DNA of 62,533 bases, the filler included, from Choristocarpus tenellus KU-1152 (lineage: Eukaryota > Protista > Phaeophyceae), in the NCBI GenBank assembly GCA_964200185.2. It is 5 parts of 5 records of this genome, joined end to end, with 100 filler letters (N's around TTAATTAATTAA, not from the genome) between each part and the next. Parts side by side here need not be neighbours in the genome. Positions count along the whole stretch, not along the records: positions 1 to 19,273 come from CAXNAD020000481.1; 4 more parts are not named here. The stretch is one strand, 5' to 3'. Position numbers and translations under genes: made by a program. How positions within the stretch are numbered: position 1 is the first letter of the stretch; each line of letters opens with the position of its first letter. Below are positions 1 to 14,200 of this stretch, in pieces. The notes beneath the pieces are model-generated. The model was not told the origin of the DNA and ran no database searches. It saw only the letters and a list, made by a program, of their open reading frames with translations.

Positions 1-69
1 CCCAAAAATCGTGACGTGAAAAAATTGCCCCCAAATGGACAGCGGCCACCCCCCTAGATACTTTGAACC
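1..69. mobile_element. MITE family A, right end (truncated by window edge)
   Basis: CCCCAAATGGACAGCGGCCACCCCCCTAGATACTTTGAACC matches the right ends of the copies at 59445-59624 and 61596-61768. Confidence 0.8.
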
Positions 70-2208
70 TCCTCGGTGGTCGTGAGGTTATCGGTATACC
101 TCAGGCATCCTGTACGTGCATCAGCACCATATATAGGCTTGTGGACTGGAGCTACACATTCCACGGAGTTAACCTTTGGAGCATGTTGTAAATTGGAGGT
201 CCTACCATGTCTCTTCAAACTGGAGAGAAAACTTAGATTACCATAATGAGATATGGAGCTCCAACCCATAAGATTGTTTGTGGACCACGAAGCTTGTAAT
301 TAGGCTCCATAATATAAATGCCGTCAAAAATGCTGGATCTCTCACTTCGATTATTCACTTCGAAAGACTCATCATCATCATACAACAAGGGCTGACAACG
401 ATGTACCACCTCATTTCGGGCATCAAATAACTAAATAATAAACAATTAGTCAAGAAGTACATATATATAAACTCTAGGACTTCAAAGTCATAATATGGTA
501 TAGTTTTCATTTGTTTTCCCCCTGACACATCTGCAAAATGTCAGAAGTCATAATGGCGTTTATGACACCGCCATGAAGACATATCGCCTGTAACATTTCC
601 ATTACGTTATGATACGGGTTTGATGAAAGTGTGCTGTACATGGAGTAGTATACTCCGTGTTTTTAGAGAGGTGGCTAAACATTGACAATTGACTTTTTTC
701 TGAAGTCCTCGTGACAAAGTTTTGTTTCCTTGACACCTACAACATAATGTCAGAGGGGATACTAATGTAATAATTATATATGACATCTGGAAAGCATATT
801 AAAATACTGTGAAACAGGTTGAAAACTGCCAGATAGGTTCTCCAAACCAAAGGGGATCGGGAAGACCCATAGGAGGAATGGAAAGGAGAGGAACAAGGCA
901 ATAAAACAAGCACGCCTACTAAGAAGGTCACTCTGGAAAGGAGTGACAAGGAAGTATATGAGTGGGGCTGGAAGCCGCTCAACATCCTGATGTTGATGTC
1001 ATTAGGAGGAAGGAATACCGATATTATAAGTTGTAGTAGACTCTGATGTATACCTTGCAAATAAAGGCATTTCCAAGTTATACATGGGACGAATGTTCCA
1101 ATCACAATGGTTGTATTCAAAAATGATGTAAATAGTACTCGCAGGAAAAGAAACATAATTATGAAAAGACAAAGTACATAAACTGAACTTAATAAACAGG
1201 TATGATTATTCTCTGAATACAGTATTAAAGGTAGTTTGTGGATGATAAATATCCCATTTGAATGGCTCATTTTAAAGATATCAACCACTAATTTCCCTCA
1301 ACAACTCTTCTTGATAGATATGTAACGATATATATTTACCCACAACAAATATGTAATCTTATGCAATTGTATCTAGTAGTAGGCAGTGTGGACTGCTCAG
1401 CGTAAGAATATGTTCCATCATTTTTTTTATGGTTATCATTCACACTAGTGTGGATCCACATATCCATGGTGGAAATATCGAGATTACATCGAGTCGTAAC
1501 CTAGAGTAATCAACGATTAATGGAGAGAATTATTGAGTACATGTAGCACAACAACAGAATTTGGAGATTTATTGAGATATGGATGCTACTGTTGAAACAG
1601 TTTATTTTAGTAGTAGTAATACTGTATTGTAGTGGGTTGGACTTGGCATGTTTCTTGTTCGTTTTCTGTGAGAACATGACAACAACACAACATCTGCAAC
1701 AGAACATCTGGAAAATGTTCATATGAATATAAACAATATTCTATAGTACGACAGTACTATTTATACCTACTCATAATTTCAAAGTGATACTACTGTGTTA
1801 CTTCCACTAATCCCTCCCTTATTTCATGCATACTACAAATATATTTGTGTATGTTTTTCATATGTATATTTTTAGGCTCAGTTTTGTTATGGTCCCTTCG
1901 ACTTGGACCGTTGATGGTGTATATGTCGAGGTCTAACATGAGGGTGTAAGGATCGAGGTGAACATGAGCTCCCTATCACATAGAGAATAGTAAGAACTGC
2001 AGTACATTGTATGACCTTGTTTATGCATGCGTTTATTACTAGAATTCCATGCTGGGGTCTTGGCGTTAAGGCGAGCATCCTGTTCTGCCCTATTACTGGG
2101 AAACTGGCAAACAAAAACGACCATTGAGTTGCCGTATGATTACATCGTTTGGGAGACTGCAGTGGACTCGAAGCGAGAAAGGCAATAGGTGCCGGAAGGC
2201 TTCCAATA

Positions 2209-5200
2209 ATGCGACATCATGGGTTTCGTCGACTGTGTAAGTGGGTAGCATCTAGACACGCACTCATGGGGTTCGAGATAAACTGGGGATATAGAGTCGA
2301 TAAGCCTGTAAGTGTAATCTACATTCCGGACTGGGGAGTTGATCGAGCGGGTGAGTGACCTAGGCAATCAGAACAATGCGGTCTTGATGCACTGCATACG
2401 TTCTAGAGTTAAAATGTCTACCGGCCTCATCTCGAGGGCTACAACTCCTCTACTGTTGTTGCTAGAGGAATGATGTTGCTCTCATTGAATTGAACCACAG
2501 GCGCAGTGAGAGGCCATAGACAATATCGACATGTTTCACATGTAAATAGGAACCATGAAATGCTGTTCTTTTTTTGCTTGGAACTGGTTGGTAATGCGTA
2601 ATGATTGCAGAAGCTACGCTGGAGGATTCAGGACCTTGGAGTGAGGCATGGACTTCATACTGGAGAACGGGGCATACTATAGCATGTATTGACCACGATT
2701 CCTTTCACCTTAAGCGTATACTCTGTTCTACCCTAGAACTCATTCGATTTCATGTTAACCTTTGCTCTGCAGTCTTGTGTGTGACTCTCTGGGCGCTTCA
2801 AGGTGATGGTGCGTTGCACCATGGCATCGTTAACACATCCAGAAAAGAAGTGGTTGCAGGGAACTACGTGGACACTGTGGAGAGTCAAGCTGGATGGGAT
2901 GGCTGCTCAGCTGGCATAGCTACCGACTGTAACCTGCGCTCTGCGGTAGAAGAGATAGTCCATTGGGGTGGGGGAGTAATCTTCTTGGCACCGGTAGGGA
3001 GCTGACCTGCTGGTTAGGATAAGAATGTGTCCTACAGGAGATTGTGTCTGACCAAGTTTTTTCTCACGGCATGTGTGCCATTGTGTGCGAAAAAACTATA
3101 CCAAGGCTTACTTGTTGGGTATGCTTTGTGTTTATCTCGCAAGCTTCTTTAGTGGTTGTTGCTGAGATTGCGAGGAGATGAGGGCAGGGCTCAGGTAATA
3201 TTGCTTATTTGTCAACGGTTTTTGTCTTGAGGTATAGAGCCTTCATTGAAGCTGACTGCTGCTTCGTGTCTGTTTTATACTTCAGGTAGCCAACAATGTT
3301 CCATTCTGACTCTTGAACGTGTTCATTCAGGATCTCATAAATTAATATAAACCCATATAGTACCAAAAAATTGAAATATCATAGTAGCTACTAGTCATTT
3401 TGTATTACAGTGTATAGGAAGTCAGATGTCCACAATATATCTGTTGCTCATACTCCGGTTTGCAACTTTCTGGGTGTTCTCACCTTGCAACAACATACTT
3501 TCACTGCTCTTTTCCCACCGCATTTGCGGGTTACTCAACACTAGGGAAACATACTAGCTGCGACAAAGAGTAGTGATTTTGGGATATGATAAAGGGGGCA
3601 TTGACACTGGACAAGCTTATCCTCCCATCGAAGTAATGCAAAGTGCTTCCCACTGGTACCCATTAGACTCCTCACACAGCTCTCTGTTCCCTTCTTGTCT
3701 CCTGGTACAGGGAACCCATGAGGTGACTCATGGGGAGATATCCATACCTCCGGGCTTAGTCCTTGAAGTGTTGCCAGGTGATGGCATGGTGGAATCAGCT
3801 GCTGGAGAGGTGGTGGTGGAGGTGACGGATTCTTCACTCTTTACTGGGGCGAGCTTCTCACTTGATTTGCAAAATGTATGCAAAATGTATGCAAAATATC
3901 ATATTTTGGGGGATGGGACTGAACAACTTGACAAAGGATTACTGTGTTGACTGTGGAAGAGGTTTTTGACATTAGTAGGCAGTACTTTATTTGACAAGCT
4001 TCTTACTCCCCTTTGTTCTGAACAGTACCAACTATAAATTGTTAGTTTGCCAGAGTATGTAGAAGGGAACTTAGTCACATCTCCTGTCGATCCCCTAATG
4101 TTTGTTTCTTTAGGGTAGTTGACACACTGTATAGCATCCGCAAAGAATATGAGCTAGATAGCAGGTACTCCAGGAGTAGGTATTGGGTTGTTTTGTCTGG
4201 ATGAGATCAGCAGTCCATTTTATGCTCAAGGTCATTGTGTTTGGATGGGAATAAAAGGAAAGTTCTATCCTGGTGTACGTCTAAGAGTTGCTGTATACTT
4301 TGGAGTATCTGTCAGTAACTCTTCTATACCTTCTGATGGATGGAACTTTCCTCGGGGTTGCTATTCTTGACATAAACAGCGCAATGCACTTGTGACCATG
4401 GGCATGTTGAGTTTGTTAAATAGTGCTCCCAAGCATCTGCATACTGAAACAGCAACTTGTAGATTGTACAGGCGATGCAGCACAAATATATATTTTTTGG
4501 CCGGTGCCTAGACCAACTCGTTACTTAAGTAAAATTACATTGAAATGGTGTTGGAACCTTGTTGTAACTGTTGAGAGCATTTTATTGATGATGTGTTTGG
4601 AATTATCTTGCAGAGTTGCAGTTTGAGGTACATAGAGTGCACTAGCGCCTCCAGTTATCCCACCTTCACGAGCTTTTCCAGAGAAAGTTGTGTATTAGTG
4701 ATCTTGCTGCAAGGGTCTCTACATTGGTGGTGATTTGTAGTGGCAATTTGAGGTTACAGATGTCTATCAGAGAGCTGACATGATGCAGACTGCGAATCTG
4801 GGTTGATATTCTTCGCGTCTTCATATCACACTATGTGGAGCTGAGTCATGTCGTTACCAATTGTTTTATTGTTGAGAGGGTTGTTATGCTGTATGGCAAT
4901 TCCGTCCAAGAATATTTAATGTGACACATGGGTGACTGCTTTGATATGAAGGTTGTTTGATGATATCCCCTATGTACTCAATCTAGGTACGATTCAGCTG
5001 AGGTGTAAGTAACGCTGATCATGTGCTCTTCTAGCAAATCCTTGGTATGATGTATATCTCAAAGGATTACGGAACATGTGTGCAAGAATTGTGGGTTTTG
5101 GATCAGAAAGCACTTTGTCATGCTCCAGCATTGCCCAGATAAAAATGATGGAGGAACAGCAAAGTTTTTGTGGGATCATCTGAGTATATGTCCTTTGTCT

Positions 5201-8200
5201 TCTGTATATAATGGAGCTGGAGCATACGATTGATTGGCGAGCCCCCTAAACATTAGTGAAAATATATGCATTGATGCGGGGAGCAGAGGTTAGTGATCAG
5301 TGGGAAGGGACCAGCCAGAAGTCGCACTATATATTTTTTGCTTGTGCTCACTTGCCCTGAGCAATGAGATAGCACAAAACACCGACTCCTCTCCAGCAAT
5401 GCTTTCACAGTACCGCAAACTTTGTCTCCATTACCATGATCATTTATTCCCTCCACCACATTAGACCTCACTTCGCCTGTGAGCCAAAGTAAATGAGAGG
5501 TACCTAGGTTTTGACCTTTGTTCTGTTATGTTTGTTTTTTAATCTTCTATGATTCACCCTTAATTCTATCCAAAAACTTTTAAAGTTGACTTTAGAGCGT
5601 TTATTTCTCTCTTGTTAGAAGTTTTCCGACAAAATTCAGAAAATATCTTCAACACATTAATATAGAGGCAGAAATTTGGACATATATGTCAGCATCCTCA
5701 AAATGCAACTCTGCGTACCTCTCGCTTACTTTGACTCTCTGATGTTGGTTCTTGGTCCTAAGCTTGACTCACTCCCAACTAAAATAATGCACCCTCTCAT
5801 GGTCCTTTTCAATCTTGACAACATTGATTTTAGAATTACATATTATTAAAGTAGTGATCTAAAGGGTTGGTTAACATAAGTAGCCAACTCAAACCTTTGA
5901 TGTACACTTATCACAATAAAAATATACATAAGGCGCACAAATTGAGGTGCTTGAAGTGCACAGTGCCACGGGACTCCACAGAGAAAGCATGCGTCGTGAG
6001 AAAATAAAACTTGAACATTTTACACCTATATTCGGTTCAATTTTTTGAAATTGTAGCAATTCAATTGCCACAATTTGGAATTGCTGCGATTGTCAACACA
6101 ACACTATCTTTTCTTGTTCTTCACCTCTTTGCTCAATCTCATCCCACCTATACCTGAAGCTGATACCTATTCACCCTTCTTGCAGAAGATTATCTCTCCT
6201 TCTCACTTCAGACATAACATATTTTGTCTCTGAACAATATTTTCTATTGCCCTTTTGCGCACAGGTATCAGTTCTTTCTAGTGGTTGGAAAACAAATGGT
6301 TGGAATGCGCTTATTGTAGCCGATGATGAGGCTTCCATCAAGTTAGACGGTTGCGATTTCCAGGTAAGAAACAATAGTTTCTTCTTGGGTGTGCATAAAC
6401 AGGTTGGTTGCAGGTAGAGGGGGTGGACAGGCAAACGCCAGACCAAAAATGTGCGCCTTTTTCCTTTATTTTTTGTTTGTGGTTGTATCATATATCGAGG
6501 TAGAGGTGTGGTAGTGGTTATGAGACAGCTCACATTGTCTGAGTATTATTTCTTCATGTGCGGACCATTCTGTTTGTGTCAAACTTCGATGTAGAATTGT
6601 TAGGGTTCTCTTCCCTCTCCTGGACAAATAGCAATGTTGTGAGCAGCAGAAGTGTGTCATTGTATCGAAGGAATGTATCTTTTAGCAGTTCATGGTGTAC
6701 CTTCTAGCTGGCTACAACAGAGAAATAAGAATAGAATCGTTTTATACAACAAAGCTTTTCAGTAGAACCTGAGAACAGAACAGGCCACTTGATCAGTTCA
6801 CTATCCCTCAAATGTTCTGGGCAACTTGAGTATTCAGAAAAAAAGAATGCCTTCAACCCTATCACTAGACAGTTAGCATTAAACTCTTAGGGTTCTTTGC
6901 TTGTTCTTGTTTCTGGAACTCACTGGTCCTGACATTGGAGGAAGGGGAATTGACATAAAAAACTAGATTTCATCGAGAGAAGAGTGAAGTATCCATGGCC
7001 AGCTGAGTGGAAGACTATTGCCTTGCAAAAAGTGTATCCTTTGACATTGGCATGACTTGATGTTTTTTTTCAGAGAAAATTGGCAGTGGGTGATGGTGAC
7101 GCTGGTGGCATGGATTTGGGCTTTGTTCTCTCTGGAGGAAATTCAGCTGTGTTGGTCAGCAGGTAACTTGATTTTCTTTGAGGCACGTTTTAGAATAATT
7201 GTATGCGATACCTGTCAAAAGTAATGAGTGAGTGCAGGTGTCTTAGTCACCTTTACTTGTACTCCTAGATAGCATAATCTATGCTGGAACCTGCTGTTAC
7301 GTAATTACCCTCTCACAAGTGGAACAATACTATTCCTAGGCCTATTCCCATTTCTTCCTTTCCATCACTCTTGACTTCTCAAATCAACCTTCTTGTGTAC
7401 CTCTCTTACTATATTCCACACCACTATTGTACCTGACTGCACTGTGCATTGAGTTTGGCCTTGCTGACTTGATTGGCCTCATGATGGCAATTTCTCTGTA
7501 CGTGTGCCTCTTTGTAGTGACTCTGGCGAATTGTATGTTGATTTCATTTTCTATCCCACTGCATTCCATACGTCAGTGGTGAGCATAAATCTGGTTGCTG
7601 CTCTACTTTTATGTTGGAGTCTATGCCTGTGACCCACACGTTTCTTTCTTGCACTATCTAGAAGTAGAATGAAGTGTTGCGGAAGATATATTATTTACCG
7701 TTGGTAATCCATTGTATAAATTTTCCATTGGTAAGGCACAATCAACTTCAAAGTTATCCAAACGATTGACTTTACATACTTCTTTAGAACAGCGTTTCTG
7801 CAGTGAGGAAGATTTGGAAGTAGGACAGAAAGAGAGTTTCCGAAAATGGTTGCAAAACCCCTGAAGGATCATGGAAGTTTGGGATTTGGACAATAATTGG
7901 CGACTTGATGCATGGGTAGGAAATGATACGTCTAATCCCATTTTCCTTTTAACGTTGCCTACTTCAATCCCCCTCAACGATTGAATATCAGTCCAGCTGT
8001 TTGACGTTTAATGAACAAACACTTCGTGGTTGTATTACTCATTTGATGTGGCAGATCTTCATTTCGTGGATCCAGGGGATTTCCATCTATACATGCTATG
8101 GGGGGGAAAGTTGAGCTCAAGGACTGCCATTTTTCTGACAATAATGCTGATGTTGGGGGTGAGAAGGGATAAGATAGAGAGGTTCACAGTGAGTGGGTTT

Positions 8201-11200
8201 GTTGCCGTAGATTTGTTCTATTGAAGAATATGCTTTTTGAGGAGAACTGAACGCCTGCATTTGTTGAAATGATTTACGAGTCTTTCGTGTGCAGCCAGTC
8301 TGTTGCTTCTTGGTGGGAAGTTTCATGTGAGATTGAACAACTATGCACAAGGGACAACACTTCGTCCGATCTCTGTCAGCTATGACTGCCTGCTCTGTTA
8401 AAAGCAAGACATTTGTGCGTTTCATGATGCATACTATTTCAGTCAACTTGAAGGATCCCCCTTCCCATTTATGGGTCCCCTGTTCCCCTGTTCCCCTCTC
8501 GCCCTCTTTGGTCAAGATCATTCTCACCTTTTCAAACCCCAACTTTAACCTGAACCACAAACACTTCAACCACACCCACTATGACAACCATTTGCCCACT
8601 ATGTGTGATACATCCACCCTGCCTCTCTAGCTGCGGTGTTTGCTGAGCTTGGGGCCTCTGTTCAGATTCAGGGCTGTTCTTTCATTGGTAATAGTGGATC
8701 CAGGCATGGAGGGGCAGTTGCTGGTGCAGGTGGTCGGTGGTTGGTTGCTTCATCATTTTTTTCTTCTAATACTGCCAATGCAACAGGTGAGGGGGGTAGT
8801 AGGGCGAGTATGGTTTTCTTACCAAATACATTCTGACACTGAAGTGGAATACTGTCCCACAAAACGAAGCTATGTGGAGAAAATGGCAGTAGACTAGAAT
8901 TTTTTTGTTCCAATCTGTGTTAAGGCTAGTGGGCAAAGCCAACCGTGTAAAGCGGTCACCACGTTGAAAGCATAGCTGTAAGACCTTTGTTTCCTAGACT
9001 ATATCACAATGGGAAGGGCTTCCTGTTTTTGATGAATAAATGACTATATGGAGCCAGCTAGCCTCTAGTTGTCTTGATTTGGAACAAGCATGTTGAACAT
9101 AGTGTAGAATAATTTTTTGTTTCTTTGCCAGGATTAGCCATTGTTAGATGTCCTGTTAGTTGTGATTGTTTCAATTCCTACAATGCTCCATGTAGAGTAA
9201 ATCTAATCTATTACAGGATGTTAGAGTCGAGGTTACTAGTTGGTGTTGAAGAAGTACTTGTCGAATTCTAATGACATGGTATGTGTTGAGCCTCCTATAT
9301 TCGCTATCATCTTGCACTGCTTCTCCTGGAGGTGATGCAATGACATAGTCTAACCTCAACACTCAAACATGCATATGCGCATATGCCATATTTCCACTCA
9401 AGTGCTGAATGTTTCAAATGACACCTGCACTTCCAATATAATTAGTTTCTACTGCTGATTCTCTACTTATGGAGTAAATTGTTTTTATTTTTGATTAGGG
9501 GACATTTTGCTAACAATGCATCAACCCCCGTTGCATGTTGAACAATGATGGGACATGCAGTAGTAGACCTACAGACCAAAAAAAAGTTATTATAGTGACT
9601 TATGTTATAGTAGCATTATGAGTGCAACCTTGATCCTGAGCATAACGTTTTCTGAATATTTGGTGCTATGTTCTCAGGTCCCAGCCAATAGACCAATCCC
9701 CACTGTGATTATCCTTACATTCCCTAACGCTAACAACAAACACCTCTCCTTCATTATTATTCTCAACAAGAATAATATCCCCAGGAATTTCCTCTGCTGT
9801 AACAGTGCAATCCATTGCTGTAAATGGAAGAATATAGCTCAGCAGGCCGTCAAGCAATATGTAAAGTCCCGGATTCTGCTGAGCAAATATTTGGAGATGT
9901 GGTATCATGCTATACATTTGGCCCTTTACAATACAGTAAAATTCCACGTACATCATCAACAATTTTTTTCGTAGTCATTCTTTACTGCCAACTAAACCAA
10001 TACCCTACTTGAAAGGTTAGTTAAATACTTACGCTGCACCAAGTGTCAACAACAATACTTGGAGCAGTCATGCTCCTTAATTTGACTCTCAACTCATTGG
10101 CGCTTGGAGAAAAAGTCTTTATCAACATTAATAACAGACTTTAGATCTATGCTCAACAGACACCATGGCAGAGTGTTACCCCCACACTGTGACCACGATT
10201 TAATCATTAGCTTTTCTCCTATTATAACACTCTTCACAAACCTGATGACTTCTAAATATGTAACTGTGTAGGTGGTGGAATGTTACTGGATGGGTGCAAT
10301 TCGGACCTTGAATCGTTGACTTTTTCCTCCAACACTGCAAGAGGGGTGGGAGGTGGACTTATGGTGAGGAGGGATAAGTACACAGACATAATATGCCATT
10401 CATGAACAAATGGGATCAGGTCGCAGAGACAATGCTAAATGTGGAGGTGAACTCCAATAATCACATGGAAGTTTTTGAGTGTTGAACTTGAGCTGAAGAT
10501 ATAGGATGCCCTTGGTGTACAGGATTAACACTGAATATCGTACGCATACAGAGTGGACTCAAGGCTGGACTCGAACTTTGACTGAACTCCATAGGTACAC
10601 AATTGTAAGAAAATATTTCCTGAACCAAAAAGTGCCGGACTCCCCTTTATCCTGCGATTGTGGGCTTGGACAATATGGATACTTTGAGTACAATATATAT
10701 GTCAATAGCAACAGGGGTATCAACAGACATTTCCCATCTTCAACTCAACCACAGAGAGTTAAGAAACGCAGTAGATCTCGAAAGAGATATTTTCTTTTCT
10801 CTCTTTTTGTGCGTGAGGGTTCGGTTGGGGAGTCGAGATGTGTCTCCTTTCCAGTTTTGAGAGAGGTTCAGTCATGCACAGAGGTTGCATTGAACAAAGT
10901 GTCGTTTGTGTGAGAGTGGTGCGTGTCCTAAAGTTTGTTGAAGTATCCATGTTTTAACACTTCATACTTTTGAAGTATACCGATATTAACACCATGTCCT
11001 GCTACTGCAGTAAAGGGTTTGTGTTTATTTAGATGTGGTGGTTACACTAGATGCCATGCATATATCTCCAGACAAAACTGCTTCAGTTTTTTGCTGGTGA
11101 GAGAATGAAGAGCTTTCAACTCTACAATGTTGACACCACATTTCAACTTCAGTTTATGGGTTGTCTTCACCTCCTTTTGCTTCAGCCCTCACATGCTGGT

Positions 11201-14200
11201 TACAGTATGAAACATATCCACTCTGTTGACACCGTTGTTTATGTGTATCTGGATGGACCTTGTGTTCCTCAAGGTTATGGGTGGAGTAGTCTCCTCCATG
11301 ACAAATTTGTTCTTTGAGGGGAACTCAGCAAAAACATTGGGGGGTGGGATGGCCTGTGGGGGTTGTTCCATAATGACCCTTAGCGAAACTACCTTCATGG
11401 AGAACACTGCGGATATTGGAGGTGGACTGGGGGTGGCAGGGGGAGGGGAGGGTGGCTTTGGCAATGGAAGCTTTGTGTCTGTGGAGAAGATAGATAGGTA
11501 CGCATGTAGTATTTTTTAGTATCCAACCAAGATTCACTCCTCAACACGTGGAATGGGGTACATAGGATATGTATGGTATGGGGGAAGACAGAAACCTGGA
11601 ATGAGTGAAGGATGACTTGACTGTAAATATGATTCGGGGTCCAATAAAGGGCGTAGGCGTATGCATCTATGAGGGATCAAGGTTAGAGTTAGGGTAATAT
11701 TGGGTAGTTTTTTTGCGATGGATTGGACCTGGGGGCTGGGTTTGGCTTTGTTTAGGGTCAGGGTTTGGGTTGAAGGTCAGGCTCAGGAAGGAATAGGTTA
11801 CGCTTGGCGATAGTGGCTGGAGCGCAGAGTTGTAGCTTTTTAATAGAGGTTTGCATTATTCGCTTGCTTGTGAGAGTTATCATGTCATATTGACTTCATC
11901 TCTCATGTCATGGTCTTACCAACACTACTACAAAGTGTTCATAAAAATATGATTATTACACGTGGGAATCACTCTCATCTCATGGTCTCAACATGCACGA
12001 CTTTAAACTTTTGTCCGTCACCACAAATCGTAGGTCTCCTAAGTTGCTCAATCTCTGTGTCATCCTTCTCACTTCAACAATCCTGACTAAACTACAATAT
12101 TTTACTGTGTCCTTGCTGGCAGATGCCTGTTTGAAGGAAACATAGCAGCAGAACCTGAACACTTCCACCCATCGACTACCTCAGTTGCTGGTGCTGGGGG
12201 GGCTATTTGGATAGCGGGTGTGTCATTGGGGGGCATATCTGACACAGTATTTACGTCAAATCAGGTGAGCAACTCCTGTTGGATGTGATGTAACTGAAAA
12301 AATGGTTGATATGATGATACTGTGTGTATATCCATTGACTGAGTGATATTGCTATGCTTGATATGGACAATGGGTTGCAGTGCCAAAAATGAAACACAAT
12401 CTCCTGAGATATTCCCCACATTTTGTCTTCCCCTACTAGACCATGTGCATTTCTGCCTCAAATATTATAGCTATGCTAGACAGGAAGGGACCATACACTC
12501 ATTAAGTGAATAACCGTCAATGAGCCCACAGAAATAACAATTGCATTGATCACTCACCCCTCTCGCCTAACCTTCCACTTCTTCGATCTCGTGTGCAATT
12601 TAATGCCATGTCCCCCACTCCTCATTCTGAAGGCTCATGGTGCTGGGGGGGCTATATCTGTACAGCGATCACGAATCTATTCCTTCTGGAACTGTTCTTT
12701 TGTTGGGAATGTGGCTGCTGCCCCTCCACCTGGTGCTGTGGCCAGTCCACTACTACCTCCAGGCACCCTGGAGCCATGGCTAAGTGAAGCATCCACTTGC
12801 CTGGTTGATGGGGAATCATGGGCTCCAGCGAGGGGGGGTGAGTGGTCGTTGCCTATCTTGATTGTTGTTGGTGGTCTGTTCTGAAGGCAGAAAGTGGTTA
12901 CAGACATGAAGAAATGCGGAGGACCTGGGAGAGAATGACAGAAGAGAAGTAGGTGTGGAGGAGATCAATGAAGGGTCAAGGTGTGTTGATTAAACAGCAT
13001 GCCGACTCTGGAAGATGGACAGCATGTCAGCATGTGGTATTGGATACCATATTTTAGATACCTCCTACCCATTCTCCCAGACTTAAAAGTGTCGCTGTAA
13101 TACTTGATGAAAACCTCAGGTGCACTAAGTATTCTGGATGAAGTTGAGATATACAAAATATCATCTTCTGTGTTCATGGATAATCGGGCTGAGGGAGGAG
13201 GGGGAGCAATCTCCTTGGACAGCTTTGGTACCAACACATCAACCAAGGTAACATTGAGAGCAATTGTTCCAGGACATCATGCGGAGAGAACTCTAGATTT
13301 TTTTGTGGGCCATGGGAACGGCAAAGTGAAAGTGTTGCTGAGATGTTCATATGTAAACCCATTATGACGTGGGATGGTGCCATCACCGTACAATCGTGAT
13401 TAATTTTGAATATATTGTGTTTGGCCGTGTGTGCTCTCTGTTGTTGTATCTTGGTATGGGCCAGTATTGTAGTGATAGATCTTCTCTCTTTAGAGCATTG
13501 ATGTTTCGAGAATGCCACTCTCCGACAAATAGATAATCATCGTACTGTGCCATCCTACTCCATATTCTGAAATTGACCAGTTACTGACATAGTTGTGTTG
13601 AGGTTGGGTCTTGAACAGCAGTACAGTTTTGATTTGCCCAACAAATCAATTTCCAAATGGAGCATACGTTGACCACTACCATACACATTAACAGATTTTT
13701 AAGTCGACCATCCACCACAAAATCAATGGTTTTGGAGAAAAAGTGATTGGAGACAAATAGTGATCTTTATTACTTTTGCTATATCAAACTTATTCATCAC
13801 GCACTGCGAAGACTTAACCAACTACTACAATAAGGCTACCTGCTTTGGTGAAGGATGTTAATGATGTAGTTTAGAAGCAGTAGGTAACAAACCACTTTCT
13901 GGCCCATGTTGGTAGTCCCCAGTTTGGAATTGCAGGGGTAGTGTTTCCTCACCTCATACAAGAAGATTGATTGAATGTATTAAAGCCCAGAATTGTTCTT
14001 CCTGTTTATTGCGCTACATGGTTTGCCTACTAGAACGGGTTCAAGGATGGAATCCTACCTCTTGAAATACCTCAACTTGAATTATTCCCCTGTGCTAATT
14101 CCCACCATGTTGCACCAGGTTTCAATATTGTCAGAGTGCCTGTTTGAGGGAAACATTATTGCACCACCTACCACAAATGTGTCTTCACTATGGTGGGAAT

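Noticed and set aside
737-1288. 183-aa hydrophobic minus-strand ORF
   Set aside because: AT-rich, non-ATG start, no recognisable motif or splice context; likely a chance antisense frame.
1887-2124. Possible divergent gene starting at 2124
   Set aside because: No convincing downstream exon chain or recognisable protein.
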